NCBI GenBank assembly: GCA_965248355.1
Contig: OZ252098.1
Location: 2,144,001-2,208,000 of the forward strand
Source of the DNA: Candidatus Latescibacterota bacterium
GTDB lineage: Bacteria > Latescibacterota > UBA2968 > UBA8231
Direction of reading: 5' to 3'
DNA length: 64,000 bases
Made by a program: the position numbers and the translations under genes. Positions 8,243 through 17,999 of the stretch are shown here, piece by piece. Numbering within the stretch: position 1 is the first letter of the stretch; each line of letters starts with the position of its first letter. Below the pieces are notes generated by a model. That model saw only the letters and a list, made by a program, of their open reading frames with translations. It searched no databases and was not told where the DNA came from.

Positions 8243-10387
8243 TCACCCCCAGGCGAAGAGGAAGTTGCCGGTGTGCCCGGTGAAGTAGTCGATGGTCAGC
8301 CAGAGGCCGACGGTCAGCATCTGACCGGCGATCATCCCCAGGAACACCCCCTGAGTGCGGCGGTAGAGGTTGACGCCTCCATACCGGCAGACCATGACCT
8401 TGATGAGCCAGGCGACGAACACGCTGGTAATGGTGTAGGACATGAGGTCCACGGCCGCCACCGGGAAGCCGATCGGGTGGAGGGGCCACCAGAGCAGGCG
8501 GTGGCGAGCCCAGTACAGCAGGGCCATGATGCCGCCGCCGCCGAAGAGGAAGCCGATGCCCGGCCAGTAGAGACCGGCGGGCTCCAGATTGCGCACGGCG
8601 TTGTCGTAGGCTACCGCCGGCCCCGCCTTGAAGAACCAGGAATCGAGGTTGACGCCGCCGTAGCGGTAGGCGACGTGGAAGATCATCCAAAGCGAGCCCA
8701 GGGTCCCGATCATCAGGGCCAGGATGAGAGCCAGGAAGACCAGCCGCCGGCTGCGCGCATCCATGTCCTCGATCAGCTTGAGGGCGTTCGTGCAGGTCGC
8801 CATGGCAAAGGAGCGGACCTCGCTGGACCAGATGTAGGCCATGGACAGATTGAGCACGCCGGTGGGACCGACGAGAGATGAACCGAGACCCATGACGACG
8901 AAGTCGGGGGCGTTGACGGGTGTCCGCAGCGTCGCCAGCCCGGCTTCGGCGATGATCCGGGTGATGCCGATGAAGATCGCCATGGCCAGGACGATGAAGA
9001 AGAGGGAGACCCAAAGCGGTGTGCCCATGATCCACAGCCACAGGGTCATGACCGCGATCCCCCCGAGGGCGCCGATCACGGCGCCGCGGTAGGAGAGGAT
9101 CTCGTCCCGGTCGTCGACGAGGGGCGCCCGGCCCAGGGCTTTGAGCCAGACCGCCTTCAAGTGCTCGCGGGCGGTCCACAGCACCCCCGCCACCAGCACC
9201 AGCAGGGCGCCCAGCCCCTCGTAGCCGATCAGGGGTGCGTCGTACACGCCGTGGAAGTGCACCTGCTCCGATCTGACCCCGACGGTCGCCAGCACGCTCT
9301 TCTGGATCCTGCCGAGCAGGTAGAACACCCACACGCTGCCCGATATCCTCGTGTCGATGAGGTAGGAGAAGCCGGTCAGGGCGAAGTTGACCTTGCCGCC
9401 CAGGTACGGTATCGGCAGGTGTATGGAGACCATGGGAATGGAGGGGTCGTAGCTCGACATGGCCCTCAGGCTGCCGGCGATGAAGGGGATGGCCATGCCG
9501 ATCCACACGGACGGACGCCTGAAGAAGCCGTTCACCAGCCTGTTCTCGTCCTCGCCGCGGATCATGGCCAGACCGACCTGGGCGATCGGATAGCCCAGCC
9601 GCTCCCGCTCCATCCACTGGCGCCGCAGGATTACGGCGATCGAGATCATGCAGACGTACAGGGCCAGCAGGAAGACGGCCCACCACATCAACGGCTCGAC
9701 CCAGGCGCCGTAGGGGATGCTCTGGCCGGGCCGGGAGATGCCCTCGTAGAACAGGGCGTTCCCGGCGCCGTCGTCTACCAGGATATCATGCTCGGGGAAG
9801 TGGGGGAAGAGCTTCTCCCGCCACTGGTTCTCCGGAGAGGCGTAGTAGAAGATGGCGGTGAGGGAGGGCAGGATCAGCTCGGTCAGGCCCATGGTGCACA
9901 CGGCCGAGACCATGGCCAGCATGGCATAGACCATGATCAGCTCCGCCCGGTTGAGGGCCAGGCTGCGACCGGACCACGCCAGCGGCACGTTGCCGAGGGC
10001 GCAGAGCAGGGCGAAGGTGGAGAAGATCAGCCCGGGTGAATGCGCATCGACATCGCTCAGGGGCCAGTAGGCGTAGAGCCAGGCAGCCCCCAGGGCGATG
10101 GCGAAGGCGAGGGCCGCCCCCTTGCTGCGCGCGGCCAGCTTGAAGGCCAGGTTGAGGATCCCGATCAGCACGACGAAGAGGAAGATGGCCCCCGGGGTGC
10201 TGATGTCTGCAGCCAGGTAGGCGCCCTTGATGATCATGTTGCTGTAGGGAGCGCTGACGGCGAGGAAGAAGCTCAGGAAGCTCCCCACGCAGAACCCCCG
10301 CCACGTCAGGCGGTGGCGCGATTCGAGGAGGGGCTCGGAGCGCGACCTCAGGTGCTCGCGGTAGCTCGGGGCGATTTCCTTTTTCAC
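8243..10387 (-). CDS. Polytopic inner-membrane protein, DUF6785/DUF6784-like (putative transporter)
   Basis: 714 aa with many TM segments; motifs ELIMVYAML, ILRRQWMERERLGYPIAQV, RIIAEAG, WWPLHPIGF, RYGGVNLYRR. Confidence 0.75.
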   Translation of the reverse strand: MKKEIAPSYREHLRSRSEPLLESRHRLTWRGFCVGSFLSFFLAVSAPYSNMIIKGAYLAADISTPGAIFLFVVLIGILNLAFKLAARSKGAALAFAIALGAAWLYAYWPLSDVDAHSPGLIFSTFALLCALGNVPLAWSGRSLALNRAELIMVYAMLAMVSAVCTMGLTELILPSLTAIFYYASPENQWREKLFPHFPEHDILVDDGAGNALFYEGISRPGQSIPYGAWVEPLMWWAVFLLALYVCMISIAVILRRQWMERERLGYPIAQVGLAMIRGEDENRLVNGFFRRPSVWIGMAIPFIAGSLRAMSSYDPSIPMVSIHLPIPYLGGKVNFALTGFSYLIDTRISGSVWVFYLLGRIQKSVLATVGVRSEQVHFHGVYDAPLIGYEGLGALLVLVAGVLWTAREHLKAVWLKALGRAPLVDDRDEILSYRGAVIGALGGIAVMTLWLWIMGTPLWVSLFFIVLAMAIFIGITRIIAEAGLATLRTPVNAPDFVVMGLGSSLVGPTGVLNLSMAYIWSSEVRSFAMATCTNALKLIEDMDARSRRLVFLALILALMIGTLGSLWMIFHVAYRYGGVNLDSWFFKAGPAVAYDNAVRNLEPAGLYWPGIGFLFGGGGIMALLYWARHRLLWWPLHPIGFPVAAVDLMSYTITSVFVAWLIKVMVCRYGGVNLYRRTQGVFLGMIAGQMLTVGLWLTIDYFTGHTGNFLFAWG

Positions 10388-10570
10388 GCCAGGCGCTTCA
10401 GTGGGTGAGGGTGGAGACCGCTTTGCTGATCATCGCCAGCCGGCGCAGAACATGCCGACCAGCGCCATGCCGGCGCCGACGCCGAGCACCATGGCGTTGG
10501 CGCCGTTGTATTCGGACAGCTGCCCCCCGCGTAGATCAAATGGCCGGAGATCCCGGGAGCTGGCGGCGCC

Positions 10571-12280
10571 TCAGCTACCACCCTCCTGTTGTACCAGGGC
10601 TCTCAGGTTCTCTTCGTGGATCTTGACCTGGGGCTCGTACTGTTGCCGCAATTCGCCCAGGAACCGGAAGAAGGCCGCATCGCGCTTCCGCCGCAGGACC
10701 ATGGCCCGGGCTCGCGTCGCGACCTCGGCGAAGGGCTTCGGGCCGCCTCCGAGGGTCGACTCGACGACCCTGAACACGGAATGGTAACGGTCTTCTGACG
10801 CCGCACCGGGGATCACGACCTGGCGGGCCGGCACCTCCACTTCGATGGGACCCAGCAGGTCCCCCGGCGCGGCTCCCCGGGCGGCTTCGAACAGGGCCTC
10901 GTGCCCTTCTCTCTGATACCAATGGAGGTGGAATCTCCCGGTGTCTGGTATGGGCATGCGCCGCAGGGTGTGCTGCTGTGCCAGGACCCGCAGATCCTCA
11001 CCGCGCTCGATCCGGCCCCGGAGCGCGACCGCTTCTTCGCGTGTCGCGACCAGGATTTCGTCCAGCGTCAGGGCCTCCTGGGGGACGAAGCTCTGCGGAT
11101 TCCGGGCGTGGAAGCGCCGCGCCTCGGCCTCGTCCACCTGCACGTCGCCCGTCACCTTCTTCCTGATGACCGCCAGCAGGCGTTCCTGCTCTCTGGCCTG
11201 GCGCCAGGCGACCATCTCCTTCTCGCGGTCGATTCCGGCATTGTGAGCGGCCTGCATGGCCAGCGCGCGGGGAACCAGGACCCACTCCCCAAACCACCGC
11301 ACCTGCTCTCGCACATCTCCCGAGAACTCCCGGTAGTTCTCCCGGGACGAGTCGACGAACTCTCCCACCGTGATGGTGCCGCCGTCGAACTCGTAGAGTA
11401 CCGTGCCGCGCTCCACCTCGGAGAACGTGTGTCCCCCGCTCTCCAGACGCGCGGCGAGAAACTCGAAACCGTCTACTCGGGGCCGCACGTCCAGAGCGCC
11501 CCGCAGTTCCCGGCCAAGCTCCATGGACCGGAAGCCGGCCTTCTCCCGGTGGAGCTCGGCCTCCACCACACTCCGCACCCGTTCGAGGGGAACAGGAACC
11601 TCGTCCATGACCTTGAAAACGCCGTAGGTGCCGTCCGGCAGGGGTATGGGTTCGGTGATCTGACCCTTCTCGAGGGGGAAGACCTTTTCCTGCATGACGG
11701 CCAGGGGCATCTGGTCCCTGGTGGCGGACCCCGCGTAGCGGCCGCCCTGTTCCGCCGTCGGACGGTGGGTCGAGCGCTGCCGCGCCAACTCCCCGAAATC
11801 GGCGCCGCTCTCCAACAGGCGCACGATCTCCTCGGCCTCTTCCCTGCTCTCGACCACGATCTTGCCCGCCTTGACCGCGCGGTTCCGTCCGGTCTTCAGG
11901 TAGTGGTCGTGGATTTCCTGATCTTCGAGCGTGATCTTCGCGTCCACTTCCCGGGCCAGGAACTCCTTCACCAGCCGTTCGGTCCATTCGCGGTCCAGCT
12001 TGCGGCGCATGGCGGGGTCGCGGTCCCATCCCCGCGCTGCCGCTTCCTGAATGAGGATCTCCTTGTCGATCAGGGCCTGCAGATGCTGCCGTCGGCCTTC
12101 GATGCCCGCCTCCTTGGACCTCAGGCTTTCGGCCAGGCGCTCCTCGTAGCGGCGCAGCTGCGCCGCGTGAATGCGGGTCTCTCCCACCTCGGCCAGCACC
12201 GGGCCATGCGAGTCTCCCCCACAACCCGACAGGACCGCCCCCAGAGCCAGGACCAGCACCGATGTGGCAGGTCCCGTCAC
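10571..12280 (-). CDS. Parvulin/PpiC-type peptidyl-prolyl isomerase lipoprotein (two PPIase-like domains)
   Basis: Lipobox LSGC; IVVESREEAEEIVRLLESGADFGELARQRS and ILVATREEAVALRGRIERGEDLRVLAQQHT; SurA-like N-domain (LQALIDKEILIQEA). Confidence 0.85.
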   Translation of the reverse strand: MTGPATSVLVLALGAVLSGCGGDSHGPVLAEVGETRIHAAQLRRYEERLAESLRSKEAGIEGRRQHLQALIDKEILIQEAAARGWDRDPAMRRKLDREWTERLVKEFLAREVDAKITLEDQEIHDHYLKTGRNRAVKAGKIVVESREEAEEIVRLLESGADFGELARQRSTHRPTAEQGGRYAGSATRDQMPLAVMQEKVFPLEKGQITEPIPLPDGTYGVFKVMDEVPVPLERVRSVVEAELHREKAGFRSMELGRELRGALDVRPRVDGFEFLAARLESGGHTFSEVERGTVLYEFDGGTITVGEFVDSSRENYREFSGDVREQVRWFGEWVLVPRALAMQAAHNAGIDREKEMVAWRQAREQERLLAVIRKKVTGDVQVDEAEARRFHARNPQSFVPQEALTLDEILVATREEAVALRGRIERGEDLRVLAQQHTLRRMPIPDTGRFHLHWYQREGHEALFEAARGAAPGDLLGPIEVEVPARQVVIPGAASEDRYHSVFRVVESTLGGGPKPFAEVATRARAMVLRRKRDAAFFRFLGELRQQYEPQVKIHEENLRALVQQEGGS

Positions 12281-15183
12281 TCTCTCAATCCGGCGTATAC
12301 GGTGAGATAGGACAGGCCGCTGGTCTCCGACCGGTCTTTGTGGGCGAAGGTGTCGATCTTCCGCCTGTCCACACGAATCCCCATCGTGGCCATCAGCCGG
12401 TATCCCAGGTAACTGCTCGCATTGGCCAGCTGCAGGGCGAGGGACAGCTCATGGAAGTCCCCGGTGGGATCTCCCGGATTCAGGCCGGCTGCGGGGTCGT
12501 CATCGAAGGCCACCTCCCGCTGGGCGAAGTCGCGGAAGATGACCTGCTCCAGGCCGACGATCACCATGCTGTGTCTCAACACCGGGATGTCCAGCCGCAG
12601 GGAGGCCATGCCGGCCCACTCCTTGCGCTCGAAGACCCGGTCGTTCAGGAGCCACTCGGTGTTGAAGGGCGTATCGTCCAGGAACAGCTCCTGCTTGACG
12701 CGCGGACGGAGTTGGATTCCGTTGCCCAGAGGATAGAGCCAACCCAGTTTGTTGATCAAACCGAGCCGCCGGGTGTGCTTCGAGATCTTCCGGCCCTTCC
12801 GGTCCACGGTGAGCTTCTCCCGCTGCCGCAGCACCTCGTGGATCAGCTTGTTCTCGGAGTTGATGCCGGCATTGCCCAGGCGCTCGAAGGCCAGCGACAG
12901 CTTGTTGACCCAGGTATCCGGCAGGCCCAGCGGATCCGGGACCGGGGTCATGCCCGCGTCCCTGAACCTTCCGTGCAGCCATTGGAAGAGGTCGTCCGCG
13001 ATATCGTCCTCGACCCGCTTCAACATGTTGAAGACAGCCAGCTCTCCCACGCCGGGATAGCTGCGCTCGAAGGCGAAAAGGGCATAGCTGCTCACGTTGG
13101 TCTCGCCGGTCGAGGGACGGCGCACCCGCTGGTGGCCCGCGGTGACCTTGGCGCCCGGCATGATCCACGCACCGCCGTACACGTTGTATCCGCGGCGGTC
13201 ACGCTTGTAGGGGTAGTCGGGTTCGTCATCGTTCTCGAAACGGTCCCCCCAGCCGTTGTTGTTCATGTCGATGCCGAAGAGGTACTCGGGCCGGTCCACG
13301 CTGTAGCGCAGGAAGGGCTCGGCGTAATCGGGCACACTGTTGGGCCGCACCCGGGTGTTGTTCTGGTTGAAGTCGGAGATGAAATCGTTGTTCTCGTCGA
13401 GGCCGGGAAAGACCGCCTCGTCCCCGTACCCCTCGAACCCGCGCAGGATGCCGGTGCCCCGTTCCTCTTGTGTCCGGCCGTCGTCGAATATGCGCTGCTG
13501 GTCGTTCTTGCGGTCGTTGTCGTCGTTGTCGTCGACGAAGTCGTAGAGGTAGCGGGCATTGGCCAGAGGCGTGTCCGCGTAGTTGACCCGGCCCGCCGAG
13601 TCCAGGAACCGCATGGTGGTCGAGTATTCGGCGTCCATGCCGAAGGCCTCGCCGAAGAGGTAGTACGGATGGAAGTCCCTGGCCACGTTGACCATCCACC
13701 CTGCGGCGGAGGGATTTCCCCGAAGGCCCGATGAGGTGGTGTGAGTGGTCCGGCTCACGTCGGGGTACTTGCGGTACTGGTGGTTCACGTTGAACTCGCC
13801 GTAGAGCCTGAACCCGGCCAGATCGTCGGCCTCCACCGTAAAGCCGAGGACCTGGGTGGCGGTGGGCAGTCCGTAGTCAAAGACCACGGCGCCCAGGTTG
13901 GAATGGTCCTTCACATTCCCCGGCGCCCGCGCCATGGTCCTGAAGACCGGGCGCGGTTCGTAGAGGGCGTTGTCGGTCTCCTGGTCGGAAGTGACTTCGA
14001 CCTTGTAGTCGTTGCTCAGGACCATCCGGAACCGGACCTTCCTGATGTTGTTGATCACATCGGCCAGGGGCACCACCGTTTCCAGATCGTCGCGGACCTC
14101 CGGGTCCAAGTCGGCCAGCACGTAGTCCAGTCGGATCCGCGCCAGTTCGCCGTCCCCTTCGGCTACCAGGAAGCCATCCCGAGGGACGCCTCCCGAAACC
14201 CTCGGATAGAAGCCGATCCGGCTGCCCACCAGCACCGTGTCCAGCTCTCCTACCCGGGTCGTGATCTCGATCTCGTGGGCGAAGAGGACGGGACTTCCCT
14301 CGCCGTCTTCCGGGGAATCGTCGGTAATCCGCACGGTGATCCGGTTGATGCGCGCCCCCGCCTGGTGGGAGCTCAGCCTTCCGGTGTATGGACTCCCGTC
14401 GAAGGGCCGGGTCGAGCTCCGCGCGTTGTGGGCGTTCACGAAGGTTCCGCCGAGGCGCGCGAAGTCGGCCACGTTCCAGACGGCCCGGAGACCGACGAGA
14501 GTGGTGAATTCGTCGATGAAACTGGACGTTGGCTCGACCAGCGGGACATTGATTCTGGACATGAGGGCAGTGGCCGAGCCGTGATCCGACATGTAGTCGA
14601 ACTGGACCCCGTTGAAGGCCGTCTTCCGAAGGGTCATGGGCGTCAGGGTCGTGCTGATCTCGTCGCCGATGCTCACCCGGAAGTGGTGCTGCCCCTTGGC
14701 GTCCGAAGAAACCACGAGGGAGCCGAGAAGGTCCTTGTACTGTTCGGTCTTGTGGAGCAGGTTCCCCTCGGAGGTCCGGGGCCGGCTCTGCTGCCAGTCG
14801 TAGATCAGCCAGCCTCGGGTCAGGAGCCTGCCGTAGAGATCGTAGTGATAGTCGCCCTCCTGATCGGTGGCCCGGTAAGGCCAGTAGCGCTCGAGGGCAT
14901 AGTTGGTCCCCTCCTCCCAGCGCCAGCGGTAGCGGTTGGCGGCCTCCTGGGGCAGGTACCATTTCCTGAGGGATGGAACGAAGGCGTCCGGACGCAGGCT
15001 GGGAGCCGCCGGGTAGTAGATCGCCCGGCCGCTCTCGCGGATGCCCAGGAGATTCCCGTAGCCCGACTGGGGCGCGCCGGGATCGACGCCCAACGTCACC
15101 GCGAGCCCGACGAGGATGAGGATTCGGGACCGGCCTGCGGGCCCCCCGGGCCGCACGGTGCGCGCTTCGGAGGGCTCGACCAT
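12277..15183 (-). CDS. Large uncharacterised secreted / putative outer-membrane protein A (~968 aa)
   Basis: ATG overlaps upstream stop (TGATG); hydrophobic signal region; D/N-rich motifs; C-terminal amphipathic strands ending LTVYAGLRE; paralog of 15183..17999. Confidence 0.8.
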   Translation of the reverse strand: MVEPSEARTVRPGGPAGRSRILILVGLAVTLGVDPGAPQSGYGNLLGIRESGRAIYYPAAPSLRPDAFVPSLRKWYLPQEAANRYRWRWEEGTNYALERYWPYRATDQEGDYHYDLYGRLLTRGWLIYDWQQSRPRTSEGNLLHKTEQYKDLLGSLVVSSDAKGQHHFRVSIGDEISTTLTPMTLRKTAFNGVQFDYMSDHGSATALMSRINVPLVEPTSSFIDEFTTLVGLRAVWNVADFARLGGTFVNAHNARSSTRPFDGSPYTGRLSSHQAGARINRITVRITDDSPEDGEGSPVLFAHEIEITTRVGELDTVLVGSRIGFYPRVSGGVPRDGFLVAEGDGELARIRLDYVLADLDPEVRDDLETVVPLADVINNIRKVRFRMVLSNDYKVEVTSDQETDNALYEPRPVFRTMARAPGNVKDHSNLGAVVFDYGLPTATQVLGFTVEADDLAGFRLYGEFNVNHQYRKYPDVSRTTHTTSSGLRGNPSAAGWMVNVARDFHPYYLFGEAFGMDAEYSTTMRFLDSAGRVNYADTPLANARYLYDFVDDNDDNDRKNDQQRIFDDGRTQEERGTGILRGFEGYGDEAVFPGLDENNDFISDFNQNNTRVRPNSVPDYAEPFLRYSVDRPEYLFGIDMNNNGWGDRFENDDEPDYPYKRDRRGYNVYGGAWIMPGAKVTAGHQRVRRPSTGETNVSSYALFAFERSYPGVGELAVFNMLKRVEDDIADDLFQWLHGRFRDAGMTPVPDPLGLPDTWVNKLSLAFERLGNAGINSENKLIHEVLRQREKLTVDRKGRKISKHTRRLGLINKLGWLYPLGNGIQLRPRVKQELFLDDTPFNTEWLLNDRVFERKEWAGMASLRLDIPVLRHSMVIVGLEQVIFRDFAQREVAFDDDPAAGLNPGDPTGDFHELSLALQLANASSYLGYRLMATMGIRVDRRKIDTFAHKDRSETSGLSYLTVYAGLRE

Positions 15184-17999
15184 CACAGTCCGGCATATAC
15201 GGTTATGAAGGTGGTGCTCAATTCGCGGCCCCGGTCTTCCTTCACCGACTCTCCCAGGCCACCGGCGGTGACGAACTCGTCCCAGACCCGGGTGTACATG
15301 ATGCCGAACCGGGTGGTCAGGACGTAGCCCTGGTATTCCCCGACGTTGGACCACTGGGCGGCCAGCACCAGGCTGCGGGAGTCACCCGTGGCCCCCACCC
15401 GGTTGGCGGCGAGGGCCTCCTTCTCGTCCAGCATCAGATCCGCAACCCGGTGGTATTCCAGCCCGGCCTCGAGAGAGGACGCGCTCAACATGGGATGCCG
15501 CAGCAGCAGGATGCCTGTTCCCGTCCACTCCTGGCGCTCGTCGCCGCCCAGGATGAACGGCGTCTGGTTCAGGTACTCGCTCTTGATCCTGGGTTGGACC
15601 TCCAGTCCGCCGACGCGGCAGGTGTAATCCGCTTTGTTGATGAGCCCGAAGAAGTGGGTGCGATCCTCGAGTATGGGACCGACGCCCCGCTCGTAGGCAT
15701 CTCCCTGCTGAGCATACAGGTCGTACTTGATCTTGGTAATCGTCTTCAGCTCGCCCACCGGGCGATAATTCAGCTCCAGGAAGGTCGAGTTCACCCAGGT
15801 GTCGCGGGCCGGGAGCAGGTCCTCGATGTTGGCCAGGTTGCCGGTGGCGAGACCGAGGTAAGGAGTCATCTCCCGGCGGTCGTCGGGTATGGTGTCCCGG
15901 GTCCGCTTGAGCATGTCGTAGACCCGGACCACGCCGAACCGGGGATCGTCGTGGGTGAAGGTGATCAGCCCGTAGGTCGTGTGGTTCTTGCGATCGGAAG
16001 ACAAGGAGCTGACCCCCAGGCGCCCCAGGGCGGCCCTGATGTCGGGCCTCACGAAAGCGCCGCCGTACACATTGTACCCCCGCCGGTCCTTCTTGTAGGG
16101 GTAGTCGGCCAGATCGTCGTTCTCGAAGCGGTCCACCCAGTTGTTGTTGTTCAGGTCGATGCCGAAGAGGAACTCGGGCCGGTCCGAATGGTAGCGGAAG
16201 AAGGGCTCCTCGTAGTCGGGGATGCGATTCGGCAGAATGGCGCTGTCGTTCTGATTGAAGTCCGACACGAAGTCGTTGTTCTCGTCCCATCCCGGGAACA
16301 CGTTGGCATCACCGGAGCCGTGCTCAAACCGGGCCCAGTCGGAAAACCGGTCCTGGTCGTCATTGTCCTCGACGAACTCGTAGAGGTGCCGGCCCGAATG
16401 GTCGTAGAGGATGTCCCCCTGGCTGTCTACGAGGTACGCCGTGGTGGAGTAGTCGGGGTCCATGCTGAAGGCCTCTCCGAAGGCGAAGAACGGATAGGCC
16501 ACCTTCGACAAATTGACGATCAACGCCTCTGCCTCTCTGGAATAGCTGGACAGAGCGCGGTCTGCCTGGGCCAGGGTGGGGTTGGGGAACTGGTGATAGG
16601 ACCGGCTGATGGCCAGTTCGGCGTAGGCATCAAGACCGATCACATCCTTGACGTCCATGGTGACTCCATAAACCATGTTCGCCGTGGGCAAGCCGTATTC
16701 GAAGACGAGGCGGGTCTGGTTGGAGTTGTCCGACACATTGCCCTCGGCCCGGGCCACCTCGAAGAGCGCCGGCGCGAGCTCGTCGATATCTTCGCCGCTG
16801 AGCGGCAGGTTGGGCATGGGGCGCAATCCGGTCTGCCGGTCGGACCATACCTGGATGCGGTAATCGTTGGCCACCACCAGCTCGAAGGTGATCTTCGTGA
16901 TGGTGTTCGGACGCGGCCCGGTGTAGGAGATGTCGTTGAGGTCGTAACTGATTACGATCTTCTCGTCCCCGTCCGCGCTCTGGAAGCCCTCGTGGTGGAA
17001 TCCGCCGCTGACCACGGGCCACTTGGCCGGATCGGTGACCATCGCCCGCTGGCGGATCTCCTCCCGCCTCCCGGTGGCCGGATCCTCCGTGGTCATGATG
17101 ATCTCGTGCGAGAACAGGGCCGCGCCGGCCACGCCGTCCTCCGGTGAATCGTCGCTCAGAACAAGGGCCAGGCCGCGCACCGGGACCGCCCCCTGGTTGG
17201 CAGCCAGCGTGCCTTTGAGCGGGTTCCGCTCGAAGGCGTCCTCGAAGGTCCGGGAGTTGTGGGCGTTGACCAGAGTCGCCCCCACTTCCACGAAGTCCCC
17301 AACCTCGGCGACGACCCGCCCCCCCATCAGGTTGGTGCCATTGGTCACCGTCACGGGCGCGTTCCTGGGCGTGGTACCTGCCACCGCAAGGCTGACCCGG
17401 GAGAACAGCAGCGTGCCCCGGTACTTGTCCGAGGCGAAGTCCATCTGTATGCCGTTGAAGTTGGGCTTGGAGAAGGTGAGCGGCGTCAACGCCGTTCTGA
17501 TCTGATTCCCCGCCGTTATGGCATAGTGAAACTGGCCCCTGGAGTCCGAGCTCACCAGGACGTTGTTGAACCAGTTGGCGAACCTGGGATCCTTGTAGAG
17601 CGAGGAACCGAACTGCCCGGGCTGGTTCTGGTTCCAGTCGTAGACCAGCCACCCCCGGGTCAGGTAGTTGCCGTAGAGATCGTAGAAGGGGTCGCCCTCG
17701 CGGTCGGTGCCTACGTACCGCTGGTACTGTTCGCGGGCATAGTTGGAGTACTCCCACTGCTGCCAGCCGTACAGCTCGTAAAGCTCCTGTGGCACGTACC
17801 ACTTCTTGAGGGCCGGATCGAGGGCGTCGAAGATGACCCCGGGTCCCCTGGGTTCATAGGTTATCTCCCCCCCTCGCCGCTCTCCGAGACGCCGGACGGA
17901 GGACTGACCCCACACATGGGATACCTGAAGTGTGGCGATGAGCAGGAACACGCTCAGCACTCCCCCCGCCTTGCCGGTCGTCGACATCAAGGCCCTCAT
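15183..17999 (-). CDS. Large uncharacterised secreted / putative outer-membrane protein B (938 aa)
   Basis: Signal peptide (VLSVFLLIATLQVSHVWG-Q); shares KWY.PQE, YDLYG..LTRGWL.YDW, LTP.T..K..FNG.Q.D, DDSPEDG, FPG.DENNDF.SDFNQN with protein A; ends ITVYAGL. Confidence 0.85.
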   Translation of the reverse strand: MRALMSTTGKAGGVLSVFLLIATLQVSHVWGQSSVRRLGERRGGEITYEPRGPGVIFDALDPALKKWYVPQELYELYGWQQWEYSNYAREQYQRYVGTDREGDPFYDLYGNYLTRGWLVYDWNQNQPGQFGSSLYKDPRFANWFNNVLVSSDSRGQFHYAITAGNQIRTALTPLTFSKPNFNGIQMDFASDKYRGTLLFSRVSLAVAGTTPRNAPVTVTNGTNLMGGRVVAEVGDFVEVGATLVNAHNSRTFEDAFERNPLKGTLAANQGAVPVRGLALVLSDDSPEDGVAGAALFSHEIIMTTEDPATGRREEIRQRAMVTDPAKWPVVSGGFHHEGFQSADGDEKIVISYDLNDISYTGPRPNTITKITFELVVANDYRIQVWSDRQTGLRPMPNLPLSGEDIDELAPALFEVARAEGNVSDNSNQTRLVFEYGLPTANMVYGVTMDVKDVIGLDAYAELAISRSYHQFPNPTLAQADRALSSYSREAEALIVNLSKVAYPFFAFGEAFSMDPDYSTTAYLVDSQGDILYDHSGRHLYEFVEDNDDQDRFSDWARFEHGSGDANVFPGWDENNDFVSDFNQNDSAILPNRIPDYEEPFFRYHSDRPEFLFGIDLNNNNWVDRFENDDLADYPYKKDRRGYNVYGGAFVRPDIRAALGRLGVSSLSSDRKNHTTYGLITFTHDDPRFGVVRVYDMLKRTRDTIPDDRREMTPYLGLATGNLANIEDLLPARDTWVNSTFLELNYRPVGELKTITKIKYDLYAQQGDAYERGVGPILEDRTHFFGLINKADYTCRVGGLEVQPRIKSEYLNQTPFILGGDERQEWTGTGILLLRHPMLSASSLEAGLEYHRVADLMLDEKEALAANRVGATGDSRSLVLAAQWSNVGEYQGYVLTTRFGIMYTRVWDEFVTAGGLGESVKEDRGRELSTTFITVYAGL

